A stretch of DNA of 64,000 nucleotides from Amoebidium appalachense. Lineage: Eukaryota > Protista > Ichthyosporea. Position numbers and translations under genes: made by a program. Where the stretch lies: assembly GCA_963693365.1 (NCBI GenBank), contig CAVNZM010000005.1, positions 9,900,334 through 9,964,333 of the forward strand. Reading direction: 5' to 3'. The notes below the pieces were generated by a model. That model worked only from the letters and a program-made list of their open reading frames with translations, made no database searches and was not told where the DNA came from. Positions 1-56,095 of this stretch are shown piece by piece (position 1 is the first letter of the stretch; every line of letters starts with the position of its first letter).

Positions 1-168
1 TGGGTTTGCTCGCGTGTGTTTGTCGTTTTCGTTTCACGCCAATCCCAATCCTTCTCTCGTTTTTCTTTTTCTTTCAAATTCATTCTTTGCAAATTTCAAA
101 CTGTAAATGTGTCCTTTTAGGGAGCACATTTTATAACTGAGGGGAGGGGCGGGACGGCGGGGGGGGGG

Positions 169-204
<36 letters not shown>

Positions 205-391
205 TTGGGGGAGGGGGTGGGGGGGCTGGTGTGCGTGTTTTCTTTTTAGGGCGCAGGAGGTAGGGGGGAGGGAGGGGTATGTCTTATATTTTATTATTTT
301 TCTTTTTGGGGGGGGAGGATGCTGCTCAAACCTGTAGAATGGGGGTGCTGAAAGAATCGAAATATCACAAGGCCGACCCCTGCTATCCCAC

Positions 392-1145
392 CGGCTGCAC
401 TCGGTTCCCCACATTTGATTGGCCGCCTGGTGAAAATCGGGGGTCTGGTCGGACCCCACCAGCCAGCCCTCTGGAATTTCCATGGCCACATCTAGGCACG
501 ACGCATTCTGACCAATTGAAAATAGGTTTAAAATTTTGGGTTAGATTTTGTGGTAACTGGTGTAGATATCCCGGGTAAAGTGGGGTGGGGTTAGTGTTTG
601 CTTGTGTGTTGGCGGGGGAGGGAAGGGAGGGAGAGAGAGGGAGTGGGTGGAAGAGTTAAGTGAGTGTAAGGATGAGTGGAGTTGGGAAGTGGCAGGGGGT
701 CCCGGGTGGGGGGGGGGAATGTGCTGGAACCGGGGTGTGAATAATGGGTGGATAGCCGACGGATGGAAAGGATTTAGTGGGATTTGTGGTCATCCTAAAC
801 CAGAAACACTGGCATGTGAAGGTACATGAGCCCATAAGGTTAGCATAGCAGCTTCGTGACAGTGTGCTACATCTCTGACCCCTCGTAATGGTATTTAGGA
901 ATTCATACAGAGAGTGCTGGTGTGGGTGGGTGGGAGGTTTTCCGGGGAGGAAAGGGAACGGAGGAGCAAGGAAGGGGGCAGGGCGGCCCCAGAGAGGAGG
1001 GAGGGGGGGGGGGGGGGGAGGAGAAGAAAGCCTGAGGCACCTGGTACAGGTTGGAAAGAGTGGGCACTAATTGGGGATGGGGGGAGGAAGGGAGAGAGGG
1101 CGAGAGGGGGGGGGGGGGGGAGGGAGGGGGGGGGAGAGAGAAAGG

Positions 1146-1238
<93 letters not shown>

Positions 1239-1406
1239 AAGGAGGGAGTTAAGGAGAGAAAGAGAGATAGAGAGAGAGAGCGAGAGTGGGAAGGAGGGAG
1301 TTAAGGAGAGAAAGAGAGATAGAGAGAGTGTGTGTGAGGGGGGGGTGGGGGGAGGAGAGAGCGAGAGAGAGAGAGAGGTGTGAGGCGTGTAGGGGGGGAG
1401 AGGGGG

Positions 1407-1445
<39 letters not shown>

Positions 1446-2406
1446 CAGGTGGATGAGTGGGCGGGCATGTGGGCAGGGGTGGGGGAGGTTAGAGGTTTAC
1501 ATGATTTGCCGGTGTATACGGACTACGAGGAGGGGTGTTGTCGAGTGAGGCATAAGTGATCTTGTTGTTGTGCGTCACATAGACGTTGGTGATGGTGGCA
1601 CGGCTAACCCACGTATCTGATTGGTTGCTGGGCCGGGTGATGAGGATACCGGCACACCTGATTGGGTAAAAATCAGGTTATTTTCAGCTTCTGAAGGGGA
1701 TCGTCGGTACAATTTAGGATGCTCTCTGAATACTGAATACGACTGTGACAGTAGGTGTTCAGCAAGTTTCTCAGATAAGAGAATGGGGGAATGCGAGCAC
1801 ATCGGTACTAATCTTCTATTCGCTTTCAGTTATTGTGTTTTTTGTTTGTGGACCCCCCATGAGTGTGGGAGGTTCTTTTTTTTTATTGGGGGGGGGGGGG
1901 GGGGGGGGGGGGAGACAGGGTGTATGGGGGTGTGCATTGATAGAAACGGAAACATTCGTGCGGATTGCGGGAATTTGGTTCGTGTGGAAGAGAGAAAACC
2001 TACTCTTTTGTGTGTGTGTGTCTGGTGGTGGTGGTGGTGGTCGAGGAGAGGAGGAGAAGGAAAAGAAAAATGGACCGCGTGGAGAGGGGGGGGGGGGGGG
2101 AGGGGGGGGGGAAGAGGGGAGAAAGAGGGGAGGATGGGGGAAGGGGAGGGGGGTTGAAAGCAGACACACACACACACCTCTCCGGGTGCACAGACACAAG
2201 ACGCCTGCCCTCTGAATCTGCATTTGTCGAGAGCATGTTTGGGTGTCCACAGTCGGGGTCTGATGGGATCATGTTTGGCTCATAGGCCTTGCCCGTAGCT
2301 ACGACTTTGCATTTGCGGCCAAAAGGGAAACGAACACTGATAACTACTCCGCGAGTTTCGGCTGAGTCTGGTGCAAGGGTCCACCTGTGTGTATGTGTGT
2401 GTGTGT

Positions 2407-2460
<54 letters not shown>

Positions 2461-3161
2461 GGAAGGGTGGGTTTGGAGGGGGGGGGATGGGTAGGGGGGG
2501 ATAAGAGGGGGGATGGGGGGAGGGTGTGTGTTTGTGTGTGGTGGGTGGGTGGGTAAGTGGGTGTGAGTGGGTTAGTGCGCATGTGCGTGTGCATGTGTTT
2601 TTTTTTTCTTTGGGGGGGGGGGGGGGGGGGGGGGGGGAGGGGGGGGTAGGAGGAGGAGTTGGCCGGTGGAGGACTGGTGAGACGGTGGGTGGATGAGTGC
2701 ACAGGGGGAAAAGGGGGGTGGGGGGAGGGGGGTGGGGGGAGGGGGGGGGGAGGGGAGGGATCAGGTACGAACAAAGTGTTTCCTCAACTCATGCATATGT
2801 GTGGATTTGTTTTGGGTAAGCGGCTAGATGGATTGCTTGTGATGACAAGAGGTCACTGCTTGGTTAATCTGACCCAAACAAGCTTACACAAACAAACAGT
2901 CGTTATGTGTTTGAAAACACTGGTGTCTGTGTGTGGGGGGGATGGTCGTGGAGTGGTGGAGGGGGTGGAGCGGTGGGGTTGAACTCCGAGGGAAGGGGGG
3001 TAGGGGTGGGATGGGGGGGATGCAAAAGACTGTGTGAAAAAGTGGTTCGGTACCTGGACAAAGAATTCCTAGTCAGTAGACAAGGGGAAGGTACTCCTTT
3101 TCTCAGTTTTCTTTTTTTTTTCTTTTTTTAGTGGGTGGGGTGGGGAGGTGGGGAGGGGGGG

Positions 3162-3201
<40 letters not shown>

Positions 3202-3508
3202 ATTTGTACCCCTGGGGCACAGCATATGTGCCACGTGTGCACTGCCCCTCAGCAACGGGTGTGGTTGGGTCGGTGCCATCAATCATAGCATAGTCGTGGC
3301 CTCGAAATGTGATAAATTTGGTGGGTTCTATGGTATTGATACCCCCCGGTGTAGCCTGACGCGCCGAAATTTCATGGTGGTGAAACGGGGAGGTGGGGGT
3401 GGAGGCATGGGTGAGGGTGGCAAGGAATGTTATAGTAGAGAGGATGGTTGTAAGGAGGTTGAGGGTGGGCCCGGGACGGGTGGAACGAGTGGGTGGTGAT
3501 GGTCCCAT
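392..3508 (-). CDS. Putative secreted protein with at least 2 copies of an uncharacterised ~110-aa Cys-containing domain; 3' end runs off the window
   Basis: Phase-consistent GT-AG exons: 3508-3210, 2384-2178, 1657-1501, 507-392. N-terminal hydrophobic stretch LNLLTTILSTITFLATLTHA looks like a signal peptide. Copy 1: FITFRGHDYAMIDGTDP..C..TYAVPQGWTLAPDSAETRGVVISVRFPFGRKCKVV..CAGILITRP. Copy 2: YVTHNNKITYASLDNTPP..CLDVAMEIPEGWLVGSDQTPD..NQMWGTEC. Confidence 0.75.
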
Positions 3509-4795
3509 GGTTAGGAAGATATCGAAGTGAATATGTGAGAGAATCGAGGGGTAGCTAGATTCGAGGAAATAAGTCAAGCTGTGGCCGGTGAGATGCTTTG
3601 CTTGTGCGCCTGGAGTCCGGTGTGTGGGTTGTGGTGGTTGTGGTAGATGTGATGGTATGGGTCCGGTTTTTGTTTGTTTTCAGCTGTCAAATTCTGCACC
3701 CAAAACATAGAAAAGCACGTGCCGAGTGTCAGATGGTAATGTAATGTTGGAATGTACACGTGCAACGTGCATGAGCCAAACACGTGAACATGTCAAATGA
3801 GGTACCAATGGTATGCAGTTACATAGTTCCATGTGGATATGTCACGGGAATTGGGGGGGGGAGGGGGGGGGGGGAGGGGGGGTACGGGGGGTGCACGTGT
3901 CAGTTGTGCCCATGGCCGTATATTACCCAACATACATGATGGTCAGCATAACCAAATGCATGACACGATACAGTACAACTTCGGATAAAGTACCAGTTGC
4001 ACTCAGTCTCGGAACACATGTTCGGCTATACATCGTCCACTGCAACATTTCAGACTAAACATATTATATTGTCACTGGGTACCGGTTACGATCATAATAT
4101 AGTTACACATAGCGTTTCATGTTGCAGTATTGTCTTGTTGTAGTACCACGCACCATACAGCCCTAGAGACTCATTAGGGGCACAAAATTGTAGAAGTCTG
4201 ATCAAATAAGGCACACAAGTGCACTGACACGTTAAGGTGTATCACGTGCGTATGCACATACACAATAAATGTTAACAACAAATTGACAGCGTGCATGTGT
4301 TAACACATGCAGTTCACACCGTTGCACACCTGTCAGGGCTCACATGGAACAACACGGTCTCATTTTTGATCTGCCTTTTCTATGGTTACTCCCACCGATC
4401 TTTGATCAACCAAACGGTTTACGAATCCACCAGATCTGGAGCAACATGACCCACGACTCCTTTTGTTAGAACAGGCCGTTCTAGGTTCTGAAGAAAGGGC
4501 CTGAAGAATATTGCGAAGTTCTGAACCAACATGAACGGACCGGGTTCACGTAGATTAGAATTGCCTATCTAGATCTTCAGAATGAAAATTGGGAATTTTT
4601 GGGTGGTTGGGAGGACGGTAAGGGGCGGGAGTCGATTGTACACACCACCTTTGAAGTGTCTGTGTGTGTGTGCATGCATATGCACGTATTCATTTTTTTT
4701 TAAAAAAAAACAAACAAAAAAAACTTACTCGTTTTTCTCTATATCCCCTCTGCCTTGCTATTCACTCATGATCATGCCCTGCCAGTCAAAAACAG

Positions 4796-4878
<83 letters not shown>

Positions 4879-5368
4879 CCACCACCACCACCACCACCCC
4901 CCCCAACCACCACCACCACCACCACCACCACCACCACCACCACCAAAAAAATAAAAATATATATATATATAAAAAAGGAAAGAAAAAAGAAAAAAAAAAA
5001 AAGAAAAAAAAAAAACACCCTGCCTCGGTTTCTCTCAAGACCCCCTTCATCCACTCTCTATTCACTCATGCAGGCAAACACAGGACGCACATCAGAGATG
5101 CCTGCCTGCTCGACAGAAATCTGGAAGAAAAACAGCAGAGGAAGGGGATGGGTGGCACCTACTGCACATTCACTCACCCTTTCAAATCAGACGGGGCTGT
5201 ACACACACACAAACCAACACTCACACACATACACGTGCACACCCACACTCTCTCACACGCACACTCATATACCCACAGCCACACACCCACACCCACACCC
5301 ATACCCCCCCCCCCACACACACACACAGACTCCCCCCCCCCCCCCCCCCCCCACAGTCTGACTTGTAC

Positions 5369-5402
<34 letters not shown>

Positions 5403-6532
5403 CGTACGGCTTACTTGTACCTGCACACACACCCGTGCACACGCGTGCACACTATCGAAGTACACCATCATCGGCAAAGCCGAAGAGATACTTGCACCGC
5501 CAACCTCATATGCATAAATATCGTTCCGATGATACACAACCATGTCAAGCCACTTCTGATCAGACAACTGGACAACTTTTTTCTTTTCTTTTTGTTTCGG
5601 GTTTTTTTTTAATGTCTTAAAATACACCCCTACAAGGGGATCATCGGCACAACAGATAATATGTAGAGTGTAACAATCAACATAATGACTGGTTCATGCA
5701 TTTTGCATACGAAGTTAGCTATTTATTAAATAATATATAAAATTTATGAAGAGCGGCAGACTGGGGGCAGAAAATTCGCTACATATTGGCGGATACTTCA
5801 CTTGCTCTTAGTTCAACATTCATGCCTACGGTCGAAATACAAAGAGGATATTAATTATATACATCGTTCAGTTTCAAGTATCTGTTGCGCCAGGGGGAAA
5901 AAAAAAGGCGGAGTTAAAACAGACAAAAAAAAAAAAAACTTCGAGCCGAACCATATGTTATTTCAGTACAAGCACAATTCGAGAATGGGTCTAACCATGA
6001 TATGATTCAGAACCAAGTGGTAAATCATATGTACAATTCATATAACAAAGAACACATTCCTGCAATTATTTTGGAAAGGCGGCAATAGGAGAGCATAGTC
6101 ATGCATATCTCTGAACACACGGTAGTTATATAATTACATAAACGAGCTAAAGACACTCCTGATATCATCGAGAAACCGATTAAATACATATCTTTGTTAA
6201 AGTTCAGTCAACAAAATAAAATGAATAAAATAGTTAAATAAACGTTAAATCAAAACGTTTTTATATGCATTTGGGTCAATAGTGGTATCACAGTAGGCCG
6301 GAGCATGAAATGTAGTAGTTCAGAGTGCATTTACACTCCAAATAAAATACAAAAGACTAACGAGGTCCATCCATTATGATGATAGGCCAATTAATTAATT
6401 ATCAAAATATATATACACATAAAAGGTGACCCCTCCACCCCCTTCTTCCCCTTCGATACAACAACAACAACAACAAAAAAAGGGCAGTCATGCCGCTGTA
6501 TAATACACTTATAGACATAACCACACATGAAG

Positions 6533-6626
<94 letters not shown>

Positions 6627-6688
6627 CCCGGGGAGGGAGGAGGGGGGGGTGGGGGGGGGGGGGGGGGCAGGCATTTTCTCGTTGGCAG

Positions 6689-22901
<16,213 letters not shown>

Positions 22902-23657
22902 AACTGACGCTCAGTCAATGAATTGCTGAAACATCGCGAGTACAGAGGAATTTGGATGTTATGTTGTATGCTAGGGTTTCGGAACATGGGCTATCTACTT
23001 GAATTAAATGAAAATGTCAAGTTGAACTGTCTTCCTGTGATGAAATGAAGCCCACGCTGAGGAGGATGCTATATTCCTACCTTTTTTATTGTTTTACAAT
23101 TACCTCCAGACACGGTAGACATCAATTTATTCACCTAAACTACAGATTGCCGATCGAGCAAAGAAAAACTTGCACAAGTTGTCATGCGAACGAAAGAAAG
23201 CCCTAGGGTTGATTGAAATTGGATGACATTGTCAAGGGAAAAACTTCAAAATATGTGAATGAACACGTTCAACAGCTCGAGCCAATATAAACCAATCAAA
23301 TAGTACCTTATTGTACCATATATGTTGTAGCAAGCTTTATTATTATTGGTTTACCAACCGATGGCATTCCTGTGTGTACCCAGGTTCGTGTTCGTGTGTG
23401 TACAGTGTACACTCGAGGGCACATGTACCGGGCTCGCGCAGCTGGCTCGCGCATGCATATTGCACATGTGGTTGTTCAAGGGCACACATGGGCACATGTA
23501 TGCGCATGAATCACGTGTGCTTGCTTGTAAATGCGTACGTATGTCTGTGTTTAGCCGGTAGGTCTCTGTACTTATCACAATGAAATAAGGGGTGGGGTAG
23601 GTACTCGGAATCTACATACCCGGGGAAAGGACGGAGGGAAGGACGGGCGGCGGACGG

Positions 23658-23716
<59 letters not shown>

Positions 23717-23869
23717 GGGGGGAGAGAGAGAGAGAGAGAGAAGCGGGCGGGCAGAGAGAGAGAGGGAGAGAGGGGGAAGGGGAGGGGGGGGGGGGGGAGA
23801 GACAGAAAGAGAGAGAGAGAGAGAGACAGAGAGAGAGTCTCAGAGAGCGAGAGAGAGGGGGGGGGGGGG

Positions 23870-23904
<35 letters not shown>

Positions 23905-23923
23905 TCTCAGAGAGAGAGAGCGA

Positions 23924-24108
<185 letters not shown>

Positions 24109-24764
24109 TGAAAGAGCGAGGAAGAGAGGAGTAAGAGGGAGGGGGATTCTGAAGCACTAGGCTTGCCATTGTGCTCGTTGATAGACGTTGGGCCATGGGC
24201 GCCATTCATATTTTATGCATGAAATGTTGTCACTGTCTTGGCGATGCATGCCAAAACGCATCCTGCGCGTGCACAAAACGCTACTTTTCTTCATCATTCG
24301 CACATGCTTTACCACAACAACACTGCATGTATATTTATGAGGCAGAACATTCTGACACTGAACCACTTCTGATTTTGTCTGTTGTGGCCCAATGTGTCAC
24401 ATCCATGCAGACATTCATTCCGAGCAAAACTAGAACTTATAGACTAAGAGATTTTTAATACATATAGCCAAGCCAAGCGACCATGTATGCTCAATCGACA
24501 TCACACACTTGGTCTAAACACGTTCTGAATCACAATAAAACGACTAGTAACTATTTAATTCGAAAGCTGCAACATACGAAAATAACAATTTCATGCTTCT
24601 GCCCAAAGCACACATGCAATCTCGCATAATTATAACAATATTTGTTGGACTTAACGTATTGAAACATTCGATTTGCGATGGCGATTGGCACAGGCATATT
24701 GCATTTTCTTCACAAAAACACGACTGTGTGTATCACGAAGTGTGCGCGGGGGGGAAGGGGGGGA

Positions 24765-24797
<33 letters not shown>

Positions 24798-24828
24798 CTG
24801 CTGAATGTTGCAAGCAATCGTAAACGAT

Positions 24829-37199
<12,371 letters not shown>

Positions 37200-37300
37200 G
37201 TTTCGTGTTGCTATCGAATGCTCGAGTACATCACACAACAACTAGACATGGTACTAGACAGATGGCAACGAATTTATATACACTTTGGTCGAAATGGCCT

Positions 37301-40421
<3,121 letters not shown>

Positions 40422-40819
40422 CTGGTCTGTTTGTCACTGAGGTGACATAAACGAGCTATGTTGGACTTGGACCTTACCGTCTACCAACCCAAATGCATAA
40501 ATTATAACTATATTTGGTTGTTTGAATGCCTAGAAAATGATTGGTGCATCTGTCAAATAGACCTATTTGTGATCCTTATGTCCGCGCCGGGCTTGTTTGT
40601 ACGTGCGTGTGTTTTTGTAAGCGTTTTTGTGAAGGGAGCCCCTGCGCGTCGTACATGTGTGGGCCCGGGACTGGTGTCTGCATGGGTGGATCACCCTTTG
40701 TCTGTATCAACAGCTTGGGCCTGCACAGTGGCCATCTTAGTGCGTGTGGCGGTGTGTGCGTGTGTGCGTATGCGCGCGTGTGTGTACATGCGTGTGTGCC
40801 ACGGTGGTGGTGGTGGTGG

Positions 40820-40851
<32 letters not shown>

Positions 40852-40966
40852 TGCATGTGTGTGTGGCATTGCGTGTGTGCGTGTGTGTGTGTGTGCGTGT
40901 GTGTATGCGTGCGTGTGCGTGTGTCATGTGGCATTGCGTGTGTGTGTGTGTGTGTGTGCGTGTGTG

Positions 40967-41046
<80 letters not shown>

Positions 41047-41058
41047 GGGGGGGGGGGG

Positions 41059-41104
<46 letters not shown>

Positions 41105-42082
41105 CTATAGAGGACAATCACAGTGTACCTTGTGGTCCATCTGATATTTCGGAAATTGAAGCAGCATTTTATTGAAAAATCAGCGAATAATAGTAGATAT
41201 GATCGTTCATTCATTCCAAGACTTAGTACATGTGCGCCACCCCTGTGAATCGGGAGTAACTACCCATAGAAAACACATTTTACATTAGCAGGAAAGCATA
41301 AAAGACTTCATCATGTGGGGAAAAAATGACTTAGTCTATCATGTATGTTAGTTATATCTACCATCTATCCAACCGAGCACATTCGCCTCCGGTCATGACC
41401 AAGCTACTTTGTATCAGTTGTGTATGTCGACTGCCATCAAAGTATTTACTAAAGTTTAATGTTGTTGACGCCCCCGGGGGAAAGCCACAACTTGTAAGTA
41501 TACATTAGATAGGAGTAACAAATGAGTGACACTATTATAAAATGTGCATGAGTGGGTTTATATACTTTTGTCCGACACTCGTATGCATATGACAGTGTGC
41601 CCATAACCGTGTGGATCAGGATCGCCCAAGAGACGATACAAATACTTTGTGCTCAAAATGAGCAACCAGTCCGAAACGGCATGTGACTCGGCAAAGCACA
41701 AGTTACTACTTGTCCAGTGTTAGGACAACATCGTCATTTTATAAACCTTTTTCTACATTCACTACAAAAAACGGCCAGGAAAAGGGGGGAGAGGGGGGGG
41801 GGGGGGAAACGAACCAACGGACCAACGCATTTAAAAAAGCTGTTTGCTACGGACAGAACATGAGCACTAAATGTGGCAAAAAGGCTATGATCATAAACAG
41901 GAAAAATAAATGTTAAAAAATAAAAAATAAAAAAAAGAACAGAATAAGGAGAAATACGCCCTCCCTCCCCCCCCCTCCCCCCCCCCCCCTCCCTCCCCCT
42001 CCCCCCCCCCCCCCCCCCCAAAAAAAAAAAAAAAAAAAAGGAAAAAAAAAGGGGGGGGGGGGGGTCTTCTCAGTTGATGGTA

Positions 42083-51603
<9,521 letters not shown>

Positions 51604-53582
51604 ATTGTCTAACTGCAGGTGTTACCCAGTCAAAATCAGCAAATTTTTGACGCGCCATTTTAGCAGGTGGCTAACCATTAAAGTTTAGTTTTATCACCTT
51701 GCTGGCTAACTTTTTTGGCCGCAGCGCTGCCTGCATGACTATTATTTCTACAAAACAATGTAGTTAACGGACCGTTAAGATTATAGGCTTCCAGGAGATA
51801 TATAGATAACAGCCAAAAAAGCGCTCTTGAGGGGTGATAACATCGCTACAAACTCAGCCACTCCCAAAAGCCATTAGCCTATACACACCTGTGATTTTTT
51901 CTCTGTTGGTATGTTTGGCGGGTGTGTTTATATGCAATATACGGTAATAAATATACTACATGGTTTGAATTGTTTTTAGCTGAATAAAAAAAACAGGTCG
52001 GGAAGTGTTATGCAGGTGCGAAGGGGGGGAAGGGAGGGGGGGAGGGGGGAGAGGGGGGGGGAGAGACCAGAGGGGTTGTATACCTTGGTAGCATTGTTCT
52101 AGAGTCAACTTGACATTCCGCGCTGCTGTAGCATGAAACAAAGCACCATGCAGGGCCCAGCTAATTGGTTTATTCCTGTGTTAAAGTCACGTAACCAATT
52201 ATTCCTGTGTTAAAGTCACACCACATCGTCAGTAATACCATCTATTCCTACCATGTTTTTCGTTAATTGTGCGTCTGTGTGTGTGTATGTGGGTAATCGT
52301 ATGAACATGGAGCTGGTGTGTTTTTTCTTTCTTTCTTTTTTATTTTTTTTTTGTTTTTCGGGGGGAACTGGGAGGGGGGGAGGGGGAAGGGGTGCCAGGC
52401 AATGCAAGGGCAGTGCATTATGATTGAGTGCTGGGACTCAAGCACAGTTTCCGAAGAAATGTTTGCACCATTAATTGGGGGATATAGGTAAGGGGAGTCA
52501 CAGTGGTACCTAGTTGTGCAATTGTATTTAGTATGTGTGTGTGTAAGGCTCGGGCGCCAGTGGGCTGAAAGGCATCTTTCACCCCACCACGCCGCCGCCC
52601 CCCTCCCCCCCCCCCTCCCCCTTCCCCCCCCCCCCCCCCCCCCCCCCTCCCTCTTACCCACCCGGCTCCTGCCCCCCTCACTCACTCTCATCCCCTTCCC
52701 TGCATCCCCCCCCCCCAACCCCCCCCCGCCCCCCCACCCACTTCCTCCTGAATCCCCTCCCCAGACTCTCAAGGTTTGGTCCTCTCTCCTTCCTGGGCTC
52801 CCCCAGGATATCTGACATCTTTCATCTTCCATCAGACATAAACCAGGTCTTGAGATCACCGCTATATGACTATCTTCTCACCCTACCACAAGAGAAAATA
52901 ACGAAGTACCATACATAGTCACCTCCATTCCCTCCTCCAACCCCCCCCCAACACACGCACACACGTGCACCTGGCCACCCACCCAACCACTCTCTCTTTC
53001 TTTCTTTCTATAAGGCCGCCTGAAATAGGAGGAGGGGGGTGCCGGGGGGGAGGGGGGGAAGAAGGGGGAGGGGGGAGGGGAGCTGGTTGTGGTAAGTGAA
53101 AGGAAGGGGCAAGGTCGAAGGGTGGGTGAGTGGAGAAGGGGGGGGGAGAGGGGGGAGGGGGAGGGGGGGGGAGGGGGCTGCTGACTTTCCAACAGCCTTG
53201 CTGCTACAGCACAGGATAAAAAAAAACAGGTCCCTAGGACTGATGGTTGTAAGGTCATCCCCAAGTTACATGGTTTCGCCTTCTACCCTTTCAACCATCA
53301 AATTCCCTCTCATCTCTCTTTCGACAGCCATTACGAAAGACTTTTCACTTGAATCTTCTTAACTACCGTGCACTGCAAAAGGAGTCGCATCCAAGAACAT
53401 TGCAGTGAGTGTGTGTGCCACAGCTAAAGGGAACAGGTTGGAAAACCCCTCTAGCACGTTGCTTGTTACAGCAACTCGCTGGCACATACAAGGTAAGTTT
53501 TGAAGCTGCAATCATACCTGGATCTTGCTTGTCCAGCAAAAAGCGAAGGCTGCCATCTGCACGACCAAGCACCCAGCAGAGT

Positions 53583-53800
53583 GCTTGACCTTACCAATGA
53601 GCCAGGTAGACCCATGCTTGCTGGCCTCCTTCTACTTCGGGTTTATCACTTTAATACCAGTAGTCCTCAGCTCCACCTTAGCAGCAATTCCTGCTGGCGC
53701 TTAATAGAATTGCTCTCGGTTTCTCGTCGATTTCGATAACCAGCTTGTAATCGTAGGCAAAGGTGTCCACAACGTACACCGTGCTTGGACAGCTACTCTT
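53583..53800 (-). pseudogene. Degraded DUF559/Vsr-like PD-(D/E)XK endonuclease fragment
   Basis: VYVVDTFAYDYKLVIEIDEK, then after frameshifts SIKRQQEL and TGIKVINPK*..WLIGKVK. The motif order matches YxxD...KLxIExDE..RQ..IRxNP. Contains stops and frameshifts. Confidence 0.45.
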
Positions 53801-54295
53801 GTGGGATTGATTTAATCATTGCCCATCACAAAAACAAGACACGTGCACCGTCACGGCGGGGCACACGCAAAACTGTACCACGGTCCGTTGCGTGCAGTGT
53901 GACACATCCACCACCTAGGTCTATAGGTCTAATGCTCTCTACTCTGTTTATCACACGTTCACCGTGAGTAAACAAGACTTGGAAGTGTGAAGGCGAGCGC
54001 GGCTCACCAAAGATACACAATAGTCTAAATAAACGCTACCATGCTTGCAGTCGACATCATGAGTAAAACAACATAAGAATGACGTAATAAATCACTGAAA
54101 GGCTAACCCTCGAATGCCATACATGTTGCATGCGCACGGAAGCAGCAACAAATCCATTTTGCAGGCCAAAGATGTGAGCTGCATGCAGGGCCGGGCAGGT
54201 GGCGGGGACCAAGGCCTCCTTATCTATAGCTATCCAAGGAGGCCTTGGCGGGGACCCGGGGAGGGGGGAGGGGGGGGGGGGGAGGGGAGGGGGGT

Positions 54296-54331
<36 letters not shown>

Positions 54332-54630
54332 AGGGAAGGGGGTAGTGTGTCCTTAGTGAATGCTAACAGGCGCAAAACGGGTTGTTTTTTCTTTTTGTGT
54401 GTTTAGATATACGAGCTAATGTTCGTAGGTATAGACTTTCCTTGGAAAATCTATTATCAATCTTTTAACGTATTTTTAGTAGTAATATTAGTTTCGCCCA
54501 TCATACGGGCTCCCCTTGGTACTGTACCCCATTCCTAACAAAAACCTGAAGACTCAACACATCATAGGGAATAGTTCCGAGACACAGTGTCCTACATAAC
54601 ATTCCACATACTAAAAGTTTCTGACACCTC

Positions 54631-56050
54631 TTAACATGAGTCATCTGCTCGTGTTCTAGGTGCTATTCCGAAGTGACTGTTTTCCGTCTTTCCTCCAACG
54701 CTATTTCTCGCTGCCTGTTCCTGACCGGCAAGCACAATATTGCATGACGTAGAAGTAAACGTAAGTGATTCGCTACAAATGTTTTGCACACTTTCAGCAG
54801 TCCCAACAGGTATGTGTGTATAACCTGGAGAGTCGTGCCCTAATATCTTCTGTGATGCACGACAAGGCAGAGTAGAGATCGAGCTTGAGATTAGTTTACA
54901 CCCAGGAGGGGGCACTGGCTTTTTGGGATGAGACGGGTCATGACTATCTACACAGGCTGATGCTAATGCTGTGTGCTTGTCTCTTCCACTACCAGAAGAA
55001 TACCAGCGCTTCAACCGTTGTCTTTCCCTCCAGCGCACGACCAGCGAAGGAACCATGTATACAAGGAAGTCGATGAACCCATGTGCGCCGATGACGATTC
55101 CTTGTAGAAGGTTGAGCCAGAATATCTGCTTGTCTGGGTAGAGGCTCGTGTAGATGCGGTTTGCCGTGGGCACGGACCATACGAGCACAAAAACGAGGTC
55201 CCAGCTAACCACCTATTGGTACAGTTGAGATTAGGTGGGTAGTGATAGTTGTTAGGTGTGTGTGGTTCTGTAGCTATGAGGTTTTTGCGAAAAGTATGAA
55301 GTGTGTGTGTGTGCGTGTCGTGTGCATCTTTGTGTTTGATGTGTGGGTTTTCTGTACAAGCAGCTAATCCCAAGTGCTTGGAAGGCGAGGGGGGGAAGGA
55401 GGGGGGGGGGGGGGGGGGGATGTATGCACTAGCGTGTTGGAAATATGGAGGTCTGGGGGGACACTGTGTAGCTCACCTGCAAAAGAACTCCCCGTCGTGC
55501 GCCATCGATCGACTCACCGACCCCTCTCCAAGTATGCACCATCTTGCACACAAGCAATACAGTCACCATAGTGACGTAGATCATGATGCACCACAGCGGA
55601 CCAAAGAAAAAAATGATTCTCAGGTCGGGTCTCTTTGCGGTGATGGCGCACCAAGGGCCTGATGGGACAACAACACCCATAAACGCTGGTATGGTTGCTA
55701 GTATAGTTGGGATGCCCCATATTGCCAGAACGTAGTATTTGAGAAGAGGAGCTGCTCTAACATCACTCCAGTAAAAACCAAGTCGCAGGAGGACATCGGT
55801 TGCTAATGATGCGATGGCAATGCTGTAGCCAAGACCGTAGTGCACCAGAAACCCCTGGAAACAGGAATTAAGCAAATTAGTCGTCAACTCAATGATCTAT
55901 TATTCGAACGATTACTAACCAGATTTCGTGCTCATTGTTGTGCCGGCTGTAAAGGGATTTCTGGCAAAGTCCGCATGCTACTAAAGAGCCCTTGGCTGGT
56001 AACGAAAAAACTAAAGGTAGCATATCTTTGGGTGGGTGGGGAGGGTGGGT

Positions 56051-56095
<45 letters not shown>

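Noticed and set aside
1032-1067. Minus-strand NLYQVPQ resembling YAVPQG of the secreted protein
   Set aside because: No phase-compatible donor, and exon 1657-1501 already joins 507-392 in frame to complete the domain.
4400-5620. Short open frames between the secreted-protein gene and paralogue A
   Set aside because: I could not assemble a phase-consistent or recognisable protein on either strand.
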